This document shows positions 26,575 through 41,500 of a stretch of DNA of 64,000 nucleotides, one piece after another. The stretch comes from Amphiscolops sp. MND2022 (taxonomy: Eukaryota), in NCBI GenBank assembly GCA_964187785.1, contig OZ076409.1:75704001-75768000 (forward strand). Direction: 5' to 3'. Numbering within the stretch: the stretch's first letter is position 1; every line of letters begins with the position of its first letter. Position numbers and translations under genes: made by a program. The notes beneath the pieces were generated by a model. It had not been told where the DNA came from. It did not search any database and saw nothing but the letters and a program-made list of their open reading frames with translations.

Positions 26575-29500
26575 GTGCCCGGATTTCTATTCATTAAAGT
26601 ATGTTGCGCGTGTGGGTAGGGCCCCGTGGCGCGCTCTTGTGTCCCTGTTTTAAAATCTGCAATTTCCGGCTGCTTTCGGAGCGATTTTCTAAACTATCCA
26701 TACGATTCGGCTGAAATTTGGCATGTGAGTTCCTATGACAGTTCTAAGAAACATTTCCTACTGGCGTTTTGCCCGGAAAATTTTTTTTGTTGACTTAGAA
26801 CGGTTTTTTTGGCCAAAAAATGCAATTTTTTCAAAAAAATTTTTTTTCGGAGCCCATATCTTTTTTCAGGGTGCCCGGAGCGGGACGCGTTAAACTGATT
26901 ATAAACTCTACGGTTCATGGGCTTTACGGAGAACCTAGGCTCGTTTCGATCGGACAAATAGTCTTGGAGATATAACGGCATTTTTTGGGAATTTTTTGGA
27001 AATTTTTCTAACGGTCCAGCTTATCTTTGCCATTTTTTTCGAAAATGTACTCGCCTAAAGGCCTCCCCTGGCCGGTTTTAATCCCAGCAAAACCATTTGG
27101 CCCTAAATACGGAGTTTCAGCGTTCCAGCATTCCCGGGCGAAAAGTTGTGGGACTTAGAAAAATTTCAAAATTTTTCAAAATTTTTTTTTCCGTTTTCCG
27201 CCCTCCCCCCCGAGGGGAAAAGACCCCCCAACCAGTAATTTGAGTGAATTCATGTGGAAAGGCCATGTTTAGAGGAAAAAAATGCCGTTTAGATCGTCTT
27301 TTTATTTTAACCTGTCGTTGACTTATGTTGTTTTGAAGGTGATGTTTGGATGTGTGAAGCATGTGAAAAGGTAATTTATTGTGTCTTTAGCTCTTCTAAA
27401 AGTCATTGAGATACACGGTGTGTGACTCAGAACGTGTTTAATTCTAATTTAGCAATGCATCAACACTTTTTTGTGTCTTTTGACTCGATTAAAAAATGTT
27501 TTCTTCCCAAAACTTTAAAAAAAATCAACAATTTTTCATCTTTTTTTCTGATCTCATGACACGAAACAGTTGAGTACATTCCATCTCCCTTCCCGGGGGA
27601 GATGAGAATGTACTCTTTAGAGACCAGGTACTACAGTACTTACCTTCCCCGAGCAACGCCCCATAAAAATTGCGTTTTGATCCAGATATTTTGACATAAT
27701 TTTATCTTTGTAAATTGACTGGAAATGAAGAAAATGCCGCACGTGCTCTTTTATATCAAGTATCTTAACAACGCCATCTCTTTTACGTCAACGCCCCATA
27801 GTTCACATCAACGCCCACCGTCCGTGGGCATGCCGAGGCATGCCCTTCGACGACGTATGCCAAGATATACTCCCAAGCGCGGTAGCGGCTAGGTGCCGGT
27901 GTTTTTTTACACAATGGGGGAAGTTGCGCGGTTGGGGAGGGTCCCTGACGCGCTCCCGGGATTTCGGATTTTTTAACCTTTACGTACCCATCAAAAATTT
28001 TGGGATCTCGAAAACTAGCCGTACGATTTGGCTGAAATTTGGCACACGTACCCCCCTCGGCACGGTGAAGATGATTCCCTACTGACGTTTTTCCCGCTAA
28101 ACATTTTTTGTTGACCAAAATAACGGTTTTTGGGGTAAAATTTTCAACTTTTTTTAAATTTCATCTTATATCTCGCCACGGGTACACGCTAGCGCTTCCA
28201 AACCTTGCTGACGAAAGTTTGCAAACTGTCTCAGGAATGCTGTGTGAAATTTTGCTCAATCGGACCTAAACTCGAGGAGATATAGCGTTTTTCCGGAGCG
28301 GGGGGGTTTCATTTTTCTAACGGTCCAGCTTATCTTTGCCATTTTTTCGAAAATGCACTCGCCTAAAGGCCTCCCCTGGCCGGTTTTATTCCCAGCAAAA
28401 CCATTTGGCCCTAAATACGGAGTTTCAGCGTTCCAGCATTCCCGGGCGAAAAGTTGTGGGACTTAGAAAATTTCAAAAATTTTCAAAAAATTTTTTTCCG
28501 TTATTTGGGCCCCCAAAGTGGGGGAAAAGACCCCCCAACCAGTAAAGCAAGTGAATGCATGTGCAAAGCCCTCGTTTGGACGAGGAAAATGCCGTTTAGA
28601 ACGTCTTTTTATCTTGGCTCAACGTTGACTTATGACGTTTTGAAGGTGATGTTTGGAGGAGTAAAGCACGTGAATAGTAAACGTTATGAGTATTTATCTG
28701 ATCTGAAAGCCATTGAGATGCAATATGGTTTGCTCAAAACGTAAGTCATTGCAGTTTGGCAATCAATCAACACCCTTTGTTGTCGTTTGACATATTTTTT
28801 TGTTGTTATAATAAAAAATTTTGTGTATTTATTCATTTTTTTCTCATCAAATAACTTGAAACAGTTGAGTACATTCCATCCCCCCCTTCCGGGGGAGATG
28901 AGAATGTACTCGCAAAAAGCACCGAACTACGGCCCTTACCTTCCCGAGCTACGCAGTATAAGGATTACATATTGGTTCCGACATTTTCATAGAGTTATAT
29001 CTTGGTAATCTGTCTGGATATGCCGAAAAATCAGCACGTGCCTTTTAATACCAAGTTGCTCACAACGACAATTATTTTATATCAACGCCCCCATATTTAT
29101 CAACGCCCCCCGTCCGTGGGCATGCCGAGGCATGCCCTTCGACGACGTATACCAAGATATGCGTTAACGCGTTAGCCTAGGTGGCCGGAAATTTTTTTTT
29201 CATCAAAATCTTTGCCATTGGGGGAGGGGCCCCGGATGGCCAGTAGTACGGGATAGCTTCCTACCAAATCCAGATGGAAAAAACGTGATTTTGGAAACTA
29301 GCCGTCAGAATTTGCTCAAATTTTGCATACGGCTTCCTATGACAATCCTAAGAACTAATCCCTACTGGCATTTTGCCCAAAAAACGCAAAAAGTTGGTCA
29401 AAATCTTAGTTTTTTGGTCAAAAAATGGCGTTTTTTCGAAAAAAAATTTTTTCAGAGACAATTACTCGTAACTGGTTCACCCAGCGCAAAAACGCCTAGC

Positions 29501-32500
29501 TGATTTATTGTTGGGCACTTCATGAGGAGTGCGTATACAAATTTTCGTCCAGATCGGAAAAAAAATGACTAAGTATTAGCCGGAATTCGGACGCATTTTT
29601 TCGCAAATTTTTGAAAACCTAGTCTATCTCTGCCGTTTTTTGCCCAGATTTTTTTCCAGGTCCTCTCCTAAAGGCCTCCCCTGGCCGGTTTACTTCCCAG
29701 AAAAACCAATTGGCCCTAAATACGGAGTTTCAGCGTTCTAGCATTCCCGGGCGAAAAGATGTGGGACTTAGAAAAAATTCAAAATTTTTCAAAATTTTTT
29801 TTTCGTTTTCCGGCCCCCCAATGAAGGGGAACGACCCCCCAACGAGGATTTTTGGTGAATTCACGTGGAAAGGCCTTGTTTTGTGGAGCAAATTGCCGTT
29901 TAGAGCAACTTTTTATCTTAACTTGACGTTGACCTCTGTCGTTTTGAATTTGATATTAGTATGTGTTGAGCATGTGAAAAGTTGATGATTTCAGTTGTTC
30001 TCTCGTGTTCAAGCCATTGAGATACAAGCGGTAGTGATCAAAATGTGATTTATCGCAATTTGATGGTGCTTTTGGTAAATTTTGATTCTTCTAAATAAAA
30101 AGTTGTTCTTTATATATTTGGTGTATTGATTCAAATGAACAAGAAACAGTTGAGTACATTTCATCTCCCCCCTTGTGGGGGAGATGAGGATGTACCCGCT
30201 AAATGACACGCACAATGGCCTAATTTTATTTTTATGCGACATTTTTTAGGCTTTTGCGCAAGCCCACTAAAATTTAGATTGGTTTCCTTTTCTTTTACTC
30301 CAAAATTTTCCGTACTAACCACCTTACGCACCACCAGCTCAACGTAACATCTGTAACGTCAACGCCACACACTCTCACTAACGCCCACCGTCCGTGGGCA
30401 TGCCGAGGCATGCCCTTCGACGACGTATGCCAAATAGCGCCACAGGGCGCAAACATTCCCGCTAGGTGGCCGGGATATTTTTTTACCAGTTTTGTGCGTT
30501 TGCGAGCCTTGGGTAGGGCCCTCGAGGCGAGCCAGTAAATCAGAATTGCCTACATAGGAAATCGATACGAAAATACGAGATCTCAAAACTGACCCATTAG
30601 ATCCTGCTCAAATTTTCCACACAGCCTCCTTGAAAGATTCTAAGAACTTTTTCCTAGTGGCGTTTTTCGATTGAAATATTTTATGTTGACCAAAATTGCG
30701 TTTAAAATGCCCATTGTTGCGTTTTTATTGTCTTTTTCGAATTTGACGGTCCATTACTTTTTCTGAGGTGCTCGGAGCGGGGTGCACATCGACAGCAATA
30801 TTACTCAGCAATGCCAGGGGAGTGTGTGGACAAATTTTCGTCCAGATCGGATGAAAATTGATTGAGTAATAGCCAGAAATTTGGTGCATTTTGTCGACTT
30901 TTTCCAAACACCCAGTCTATCTCTGCCGTTTTTTGCCCAGATTTTTTTCCAGGACCTCTCCTAAAGGCCTACCCTGGCCGGTTTACCTCCCAGCAAAACC
31001 ATTTGGCCCTAAATACGGAGTTTCAGCATTCCCCGGGTAAAAGATAAATGACTTAGAATTTTTTCGAAAAATTTTCAATTTTTTTTTTCAAATTCAGGCC
31101 TCCCAAAGGTGAGAAACTTCCACACAACTAGTATTGCAAGTGAATGCATGTGGAAAGTGCTTGAATAGACAAGAAAAATGAGCTATAATACGACTCTGTA
31201 GCTTAACCTGACGTTGACTTATGACAATTTTAGTGTGAGCTTCCTATGTGAGAAATAATTTCAAAAAGTGAAAATTGAAGCTAAGTCTCATCCAAAACTC
31301 ATCGGAATACGTTCAATTCACACCAGAGCGGTTCAATTCCAATTGTATAGTGCAGCAACACTATTCAAGGTCTTTTGGCCCGTTTTTATATTTTTTGACA
31401 CCGTCTTTTACATCCGAAAGTTCGAAACAGTTAAGTACATTCCATCTCCCCTTTGGGGGGAGATGAGAATGTACTCGCTAAAGGTCAGGTACTATAGCGC
31501 CCATTTTGTTTTATTCGACGCTTTTGATGCTTTTGCACACGAATGCATTCGTTTTGTCAAATCATGTTTGACATGCTGAATGTTACTTTACCTCTAGTTT
31601 ACGTTTACCTACTTTTATTACAACATCGCATCGCTAACGTCAACGCCACATACTCGCATCAACGCCCACCGTCCGTGGGCATGCCGAGGCATGCCCTTCG
31701 ACGACGTATGCCAAATAGCGCCACAGGGCGCCCAAATGTTTGCTAGGTGCCGGTGTTTTTTTACACAATGGGGGAAGTTGCGCGGTTGGGGAGGGTCCCT
31801 GACGCGCTTCCGTGGTATCGGGTCTTTCAACCGATGAAAACGCGACAAAAAATTGGGATCTCGTAAACTAGCCATACGATTTGGCTGAAATTTGGCACAC
31901 GTACCCCCCTCGGCACGGTGAAGATGATTCCCTACTGACGTTTTTCCCGCTAAACATTTTTTGTTGACCAAAATAACGGTTTTTGGGGTAAAATTTTCAA
32001 CTTTTTTTAAATTTCATCTTATATCTCGCCACGGGTACACGCTAGCGCTTCCAAACCTTGCTGACGAAAGTTTGCAAACTGTCTCAGGAATGCTGTGTGA
32101 AATTTTCAGCTCAATCGGACTTAAACTCGAGGAGATATAGCGTTTTTCCGGAGCGGGGGGGTTTCATTTTTCTAACGGTCCAGCTTATCTTTGCCATTTT
32201 TTCGAAAATGCAATCGCCTAAAGGCCTCCCCTGGCCGGTTTTATTCCCAACAAAACCATTTGGCCCTAAATACGGAGTTTCAGCGTTCCAGCATTCCCGG
32301 GCGAAAAGTTGTGGGACTTAGAAAAGTTCAAAAATTTTCAAAAAAAAATTTTTCCGTTATTTGGGCCCTCAAAGTGGGGGAAAAGACCCCCCAACCAGTA
32401 AAGCAAGTGAATGCATGTGGAAAGCCCTTGTTTAAACGAGAAAAATGCCGTTTAGAACGTCTTTTTATCGTAACTTGACATTGACTTTTGTCGTTTTGAA

Positions 32501-35500
32501 GGTGACCGTTAGATACGGAAAATTGATGTTTTGAGTATTTATCCCATCTGAAAGCCATTGAGATACAACATGTTTTGCTCAAAACGTGTTTCATTGCAGT
32601 TTCGCTGTCCATTATCACCCTTTGGTGTCTTTTCACGTAATTTTCGTTTCTATAATAACAATTTTTTTGTGTATTTATTCATTTTTTTCTCATCAAATAA
32701 CTTGAAACAGTTGAGTACATTCCATCTCCCTTCCCGGGGGAGATGAGAATGTACTCGCTAAAGGTCAGGAACTACGGACTATATCTTCCACAACACAAAA
32801 GGGATTGCAAATGGTTTCAGTTTGTCGCAGAAAACTTCTTTTTGCCCTCTGTGACTCGACAAAATGAACGTTTCTTACTTACTTTGAAACTCAGCATACC
32901 ACAACTCATCTCTAACGTCAGCGCCCCCCTACTTGCATCAACGCCCACCGTCCGTGGGCATGCCGAGGCATGCCCTTCGACGACGTATACCAAGATATAC
33001 CTGGAGCGCGGTAGCAGCTAGGTGCCGGGATTTCTATTCGATAAAGTATGTGGCGCGCCTTGGGTAGGGTCCCTTGCGCGCTCTTGGGTATGGTGTTCAC
33101 CAGCTAGGAAATAGGGGTCGATTTTTCGGGATCTCCTAAACTAGCCACACGATTTGGCTGAAATTTGGCACACGTACTCCCCTCGGCACGGTGAAGATGA
33201 TTTCCTACTGACGTTTTTCCCGCAAATTTTTTTTTGTTGTCCAAAATAACGGTTTTTGGGGTAAAATTTTGAATTTTTTTAAAATTTTATCTTATATCTC
33301 GCCACGGGTTTACGCTAGCGCTTCAAAACCCTGCTAAAGAAAGCTTGCAAACTGTCTCAGGAATGCGGTGTGAAATTTTCAGCTCAATCGGACTTAAACT
33401 CAGGGAGATATAGCGTTTTTCCGGAGCGGGGGGGTTTCATTTTTCTAACGGTCCAGCTTATCTTAGCCATTTTTTCGAAAATGTACTCGCCTAAAGACCT
33501 CCCCTGGCCGGTTTTATTCCCAGCAAAACCATTTGGCCCTAAATACGGAGTTTCAGCGTTCCAGCATTCCCGGGCGAAAAGTTGTGGGACTTAGAAAAAT
33601 TCAAAAAATTTCAAAAAATTTTTTTTCCGTTATTTGGGCCCCCAAAGTGGGGGAAAAGACCCCCCAACCAGTAAGGCAAGTGAATGCATGTGCAAAGCCC
33701 TTGTTTAGAGGAGAAAAATGCCGTTTAGAACGTCTTTTTATCTTGGCTCAACGTTGACTTATGACGTTTTGAAGGTGATGTTTGGAAGGTGTGAAGCACG
33801 TGAAAAGTAAACGTTATGAGTATTTATCTGATCTGAAAGCCATTGAGATGCAATCTGTTTTGCTCAAAACGTAATTCATATCCGTTTGGTAGTCAATCAA
33901 CACCCTTTGTTGTCATTTGACATCTTTTTTTGTTGTTATAATAAAAAATTTTGTGTATTTATTCATTTTTTTCTCATCAAATAACTTGAAACAGTTGAGT
34001 ACATTCCATCCCCCCTTCACGGGGGAGATGAGAATGTACTCGCAAAAAGCCCCGAACTACGGCCCTTACCTTCCTGAGCTACGCAGTATAAGGATTACAT
34101 ATTGGTTCCGACATTTTGATAGAGTTATATCTTGGTAATCTGTCTGGATATGCAGAAAAATCAGCACGTGCCTTTTAATACCAAGTTGCTCACAACGACA
34201 TTTATTTTATATCAACGCCCCCATATTTATCAACGCCCCCCGTCCGTGGGCATGCCGAGGCATGCCCTTCGACGACGTATACCAAGATATGTTCGAGCGC
34301 GTTAGCCTAGGTGCCCGGATTTCTATTCATTAAAGTATGTTGCGCGTGTGGGTAGGGCCCCTGGCGCGCTCTTGTGTCCCTGTTCTCATAACTGCAATTT
34401 CCGGCAGCATTCTGAGCGATTTTCTAAACTATCCATACGATTCGGCTGAAATTTGGCATGTGAGTTCCTATGACAGTTCTAAGAAACATTTCCTACTGGC
34501 GTTTTGCCCGGAAAATTTTTTTTGTTGACTTATAACGGTTTTTTTGGCCAAAAAATGCGATTTTTTCAAAAAAAAATTTTTTCGGAGCCCATATCTTTTT
34601 TCAGGGTGCCCGGAGCGGGACGCGTTAAACTGATTATAAACTCTACGGTTCATGGGCTTTACGGAGAACCTAGGCTCGTTTCGATCGGACAAATAGTCTT
34701 GGAGATATAACGGCATTTTTTGGGAATTTTTTGGAAATTTTTCTAACGGTCCAGCTTATCTTTGCCATTTTTTCGAAAATGTACTCGCCTAAAGGCCTCC
34801 CCTGGCCGGTTTTAATCCCAGCAAAACCATTTGGCCCTAAATACGGAGTTTCAGCGTTCCAGCATTCCCGGGCGAAAAGTTGTGGGACTTAGAAAAATTT
34901 CAAAATTTTTCAAAAATTTTTTTTCCGTTTTCCGCCCTCCCCCCCGAGGGGAAAAGACCCCCCAACCAGTAATTTGAGTGAATTCATGTGGAAAGGCCAT
35001 GTTTAGAGAAGAAAAATGCCGTTTAGATCGTCTTTTTATTTTAACCTGTCGTTGACTTATGTTGTTTTGAAGGTGATGTTTGGATGTGTGAAGCATGTGA
35101 AAAGGTAATTTATTGTGTCTTTAGCTCTTCTAAAAGTCATTGAGATACACGGTGTGTGACTCAGAACGTGTTTAATTCTAATTTAGCAATGCATCAACAC
35201 TTTTTTGTGTCTTTTGACTCTGTTTTAAAAAATTTTTCCGACTAAAATCAAAAATTATTTATAATTATTCACATTTTTTTTCTGATCTCATGACTCGAAA
35301 CAGTTGAGTACATTCCATCTCCCTTCACGGGGGAGATGAGAATGTACTCTTTAGAGACCAGGTACTACAGTACTTACCTTCCCCGAGCAACGCCCCATAA
35401 AAATTGCGTTTTGATCCAGATATTTTGACATAATTTTATCTTTGTAATTTGACTGGAAATGAAGAAAATGCCGCACGTGCTCTTTTATATCAAGTATCTT

Positions 35501-38500
35501 AACAACGCCATCTCTTTTACGTCAACGCCCCATAGTTCACATCAACGCCCACCGTCCGTGGGCATGCCGAGGCATGCCCTTCGACGACGTATACCAAGAT
35601 ATACTCCCGAGCGCGGTAGCCGCTAGGTGCCGGGATTTCTATTCGATAAAGTATGTGGCGCGTGTGGGTAGGGTCCCTGGCGCGCTCTTGGGTATGGTGT
35701 TCACCAGCTAGGAAATAGGGGTCGATTTTTCGGGATCTCCTAAACTAGCCACACGATTTGGCTGAAATTTGGCACACGTACTCCCCTCGGCACGGTGAAG
35801 ATGATTTCCTACTGACGTTTTTCCCGCAAAATTTTTTTTGTTGTCCAAAATAACGGTTTTTGGGGTAAAATTTTGAATTTTTTTTAAATTTTATCTTATA
35901 TCTCGCCACCGGTTTACGCTAGCGCTTCAAAACCCTGCTAAAGAAAGCTTGCAAACTGTCTCAGGAATGCTGTGTGAAAATTTCAGCTCAATCGGACTTA
36001 AACTCAGGGAGATATAGCGTTTTTCCGGAGCGGGGGGGTTTCATTTTTCTAACGGTCCAGCTTATCTTAGCCATTTTTTCGAAAATGTACTCGCCTAAAG
36101 ACCTCCCCTGGCCGGTTTTATTCCCAGCAAAACCATTTGGCCCTAAATACGGAGTTTCAGCGTTCCAGCATTCCCGGGCGAAAAGTTGTGGGACTTAGAA
36201 AATTTCAAAAATTTTCAAAAAATTTTTTTTCCGTTTTCCGCCCTCCCCCCCTAGGGGAAAAGACCCCCCAACCAGTAATTTGAGTGAATTCATGTGGAAA
36301 GGCCATGTTTAGAGGAGAAAAATCCCGTTTAAATTGTCTTTTTATCTTTATTCAACGTTGACTTATGACGTTTTGAAGGTGATGTTTGGAGGTGTGAAGC
36401 ACGTGAAAAGTAAACGTTATGAGTATTTATCTGATCTGAAAGCCATTGAGATGCAACCTGTTTTGCTCAAAACGTAATTCATATCAGTTTGGTAGTCAAT
36501 CAACACCCTTTGTTGTCGTTTGACATACTTTTTTGTTGTTATAATAAAAAATTTTGTGTATTTATTCATTTTTTTCTCATCAAATAACTTGAAACAGTTG
36601 AGTACATTCCATCCCCCCCCATCCGGGGGAGATGAGAATGTACTCGCAAAAAGCACCGAACTACGGCCCTTACCTTCCCGAGCTACGCAGTATAAGGATT
36701 ACATATTGGTTCCGACATTTTCATAGAGTAACATCTTGGTAATCTGTCTGGATATGCAGAAAAATCAGCACGTGCCTTTTAATACCAAGTTGCTTACAAC
36801 GACAATTATTTTATATCAACGCCCCCATATTTATCAACGCCCCCCGTCCGTGGGCATGCCGAGGCATGCCCTTCGACGACGTATACCAAGATATGTTCGA
36901 GCGCGTTAGCCTAGGTGGCCGGGAATTTTTTTTTCCACATAAATCTTTGCCACTGGGGTAGGGGCCCCGAGTGGCTGTTGTTCGGTTTACTTCCCATAGG
37001 ATTTGCCCGCTGCGGAGACGATCTCAGAAACTAGCCATACGATTTGGCTCAAACTTGGCACAGAGCCTCCTTGAAAGATTATAAGAACTTTTTCCTAGTG
37101 GCGTTTTTCGATTGAAATATTTTATGTTGACCAAAATTGCGTTCAAAGTGTCCATTGTTGCGTAATTTTTGTCTTTTTCAACTTTGATGGTCCATAACTT
37201 TTTTTGAGATGCCCGGAGCGGGTCGCACGTGGTTAACAATATTGCTGGGCACTTCAAGAGCTGTCCGTAGACAAATTTTCGTCCAGATTGGAAAAAAATT
37301 GATGGAGTAATATCCCCAAATCGCACACATTTTGTCGAATTTTTTCGAAACCCTAGTCTATCTCTGCCGTTTTTTGCCCAGATTTTTTTCCAGGACCTCT
37401 CCTAAAGGCCTCCCCTGGCCGGTTTACCTCCCAGAAAAACTATTTGGCCCTAAATACGGAGTTTCAGCATTCCAGTATTCCCCGGGTAAAAGATAAATGA
37501 CTTAGAATTTTTTTCGAAAAATTTTCAAAATTTTTTTTTCAACTTCAGGCCTCCCAAAGTCAGGAAACTTCCACACAACTAGTATTGCAAGTGAATGCAT
37601 GTGGAAAGTGCTTGAAGAGACAAGAAAAATGAGCTATTATACGACTCTGTAGCTTAACCTGACGTTGACTTATGACAAATTTAGTAAGAGCTTCCTATGT
37701 GAGAAAAAATTTCAAAAAGTGAAAATTGAATCTAAGTCTCTTCCAAAACTCATCGGAATACGTTCAATTCACACCAGAGCGGTTCAATTCCAGTTGTATA
37801 GTGCAGCAACACCATTCAAGGTCTTTTGGTCCATTTTTATAACTTTTGACACCGTCTTGTTCATCCGATAGCACAAGACAGTTGAGTACATTCCATCTCC
37901 CCCTTGTGGGGGAGATGAGAATGTACTCGCTAAAAGTCAGGTACTATAGCGCCCATTTTGTTTTATTCGACGCTAGTGATGCTATTGCACACGAATACAA
38001 TAGTTTTGTAAAATCATGTTTGACATGATGAATCTTACTTTACCTTTAGTTTACGTTTACCTACTACTACAACATCGCAGCCCTAACGTCAACGCCACAC
38101 ACTCTCACTAACGCCCACCGTCCGTGGGCATGCCGAGGCATGCCCTTCGACGACGTATGCCAAATAGCGCCACAGGGCGCAAACTTGTCCGCTAGGTGCC
38201 GGGATTTCTATTCGTTCGAGGAAGTGGCGCGTGTGGGTAGGGCCCCTGGCGCGCTCTTGTGTTTCGGGTTCTCCTACTCCTAATTCACACCCCAGATTTC
38301 TCGGATCTCGTAAACTATCCATACGATTTGGCTGAAATTTGGCACACAGCTCAGTTGGAACATTGTAAGAACAAATCCCTACTGACGTTTTGCCCGCTAA
38401 ACATTTTTTGTTGGTCAAAAATGCGATTTTCCGACAAAATTTTTGACTTTTTTTTCTTTTTCATTTCATATCTCGCCACAGGGTCACGCTAGCGCTTTGC

Positions 38501-41500
38501 AACTTATGATCCTTTTGTGTAGGGCGTTGTCTGTAGAACACGTATGCCAAATTTGGTGGCGATCGGACTTAAACTCAGCGAGATAGAGCCATTTTTTAGG
38601 TGCATTTTTTGTCATTTTTTGCATTTGCCGATTTATCTCTGCCATTTTTTGCCCAAATTTTTTTCGAGACACTCTCCTAAAGACCTCCCCTGGCCGTTTT
38701 ACCTCCCAGCAAAACCATTTGGCCCTAAATACGAAGTTTCAGCATTCTAGCATTCTCGGGCGAAAAGTTGTGGGACTTAGAAACATTTTTTGGAAACGCA
38801 AAATGTGTAAAGTCAACTTCAGGACTCCCAAAGTCAAGGAACTTTCACACAACTAGTATTGCAAGTGAATGCATGTGGAAAGTACTCGTATAGACGAGGA
38901 AAATGAGCTATAGAACGTCTCTGTATCTTAATCTGACGTTGACTTATGATGTTTTGAATGTGGGCTTGCTTAAGGGTAAAAAATTTAATAAATGAAAATG
39001 GAAACAGTCTCGTCTAAAACTCATATGAACATGTTCAATCCACCCCAGAGTGGTTTAATTCCAGTTGTCTAGTCCAGCAAAACCATTCAAGGGCATGCAA
39101 CTCACTTTTATAAATTTTGAAATTGTCTTATCCATCCGAGAGCACAAAACATTTGAGTACATTCCATCTCCCTCCTGGGGGAGATGAGAATGTACTCGCT
39201 AAAGTCCAAGTACTACAGGCCACAATTGTTTTAATGCGACGCTCTATATGCTAGTGCATATTGCTACCTAACGTTTGTCTTAATTTTTCCTCTGACTCGA
39301 CATATGCTGTACCTTTGGTCCAAACATTACCATTATAAACAGCACTAACGTCAACGCCACATACTCTTATCAACGCCCACCGTCCGTAGGCATGCCGAGG
39401 CATGCCTTTCGACGACGTATGCCAAATACCTTAAAACCGACGCGCACTCTCCCGCTAGGTGCCGGGATTTCCATTCGATAAGGTATTCTGCGCGTGTGGG
39501 TAGGGCCCCTGGCGCGCTCCTGTGTTTTCGGTTTTCCTACTCCAAATTCACACCCCAGTTATCTCCGATCTCGTAAACTATCCATACGATTTGGCTGAAA
39601 TTTGGCACACAGCTTCGTTGGAACATTGTAAGAACAAATCCCTACTGACGTTTTGCCCGCTAAACATTTTTTGTTGGTCAAAAATGCGATTTTCCGACAA
39701 AATTTTTGACTTTTTTTTCTTTTTCAACTCATATCTCGCCACAGGGTCACGCTAGCGCATTGCAACCTATGATCCTTTTTTGTAGGGCATTGCATGTAGA
39801 ACACGTATGCCAATTTTGGTGGCGATAGGACTTAAACTCAGGGAGATATAACGATTTTTTAGGTGCATTTTTTGACATTTTTTGCATTTGCTGATTTATC
39901 TTTGCCGTTTTTTGCCCAGATTTTTTTTGAGACACTCTCCTAAAGACCTCCCCTGGCCAGTTTACCTCCCAGCAAAACCATTTGGCCCTAAATACGAAGT
40001 TTCAGCGTTCTAGCAATCCCGGGCGAAAAATTATGGGACTTAGAAAATTTTTTTGAAAACGCAAAATGTGTAAAGTCAACTTCAGGCCTCCCAAAGTCAA
40101 GGAACTTTCACACAACTAGGATTGCAAGTGGATGCATGTGGAAAGTACTGGGATAGACGAGAAAAATGAGCTATAGAACGACTCTGTAGCATAACTTGAC
40201 GTTGACTTATGATGTTTTGAATGTGTGCTTGCTAAGGGGTCCGAAATTGAAAATTTTTAAAGAAAATTAATATCGTCAAAAATTCATCGAAATGCCTGCA
40301 ATATACAGTAGAGCGTGTTCAATTGTAGCTGACTAATGCATCAACGCAACTCAAGGTCTTTTAACTCAGTTTCAAATTTTTTTACACTGTATTATCCATC
40401 CGAGAGATCGAAACAGTTGAGTACATTCCATCTCCCTCCCGGGGGAGATGAGAATGTACTCGCTAAAGTCCAGATACCACAGCCCATAATTGTTTCTCTG
40501 CAACGCCATCTATGCTACTGCACATAACTACTAATCTTAGGACTGAATTTTGCCTTCGCTTTGACTTGACATATGCTGAAGGTTTGATCCTTTCACACAT
40601 CAATATTACCTGAACAAAACAACCCTAACATCAACGCCCCACACTCACATCAACGCCCACCGTCCGTGGGCATGCCGAGGCATGCCCTTCGACGACGTAT
40701 ACCAAGATATACATAAGCGCGGTAGCCGCTAGGTGCCGGGATTTCTATTCGATAAAGTATGTGGCGCGCCTTGGGTAGGGTCCCTTGCGCGCTCTTGGGT
40801 ATGGTGTTCACCAGCTAGGAAACAGGGGTCGATTTTTCGGGATCTCCTAAACTAGCCACACGATTTGGCTGAAATTTGGCACACGTACTCCCCTCGGCAC
40901 GGTGAAGATGATTTCCTACTGACGTTTTTCCCGCAAAATTTTTTTTGTTGTCCAAAATAACGGTTTTTGGGGTAAAATTTTGAATTTTTTTTAAATTTTA
41001 TCTTATATCTCGCCACCGGTTTACGCTAGCGCTTCAAAACCCTGCTAAAGAAAGCTTGCAAACTGTCTCAGGAATGCGGTGTTAAATTTTCAGCTCAATC
41101 GGACTTAAACTCAGAGAGATATAGCGTTTTTCCGGAGCGGGGGGGTTTCATTTTTCTAACGGTCCAGCTTATCTTTGCCATTTTTTCGAAAATGCACTCG
41201 CCTAAAGGCCTCCCCTGGCCGGTTTTATTCCCAGCAAAACCATATGGCCCTAAATACGGAGTTTCAGCGTTCCAGCATTCCCGGGCGAAAAGTTGTGGGA
41301 CTTGGAAAATTTCAAAAATTTTCAAAAAATTTTTTTTCCGTTATTTGGGCCCCCAAAGTGGGGGAAAAGACCCCGCAACCAGTAAAGCAAGTGAATGCAT
41401 GTGGAAAGCCCTTAGTTAGATGAGAAAAATGGCGTTTAGAACGTCTTTTTATCTTGGCTCAACGTTGTCTAATGACGTTTTGAAGGTGACCGTTAGATAC

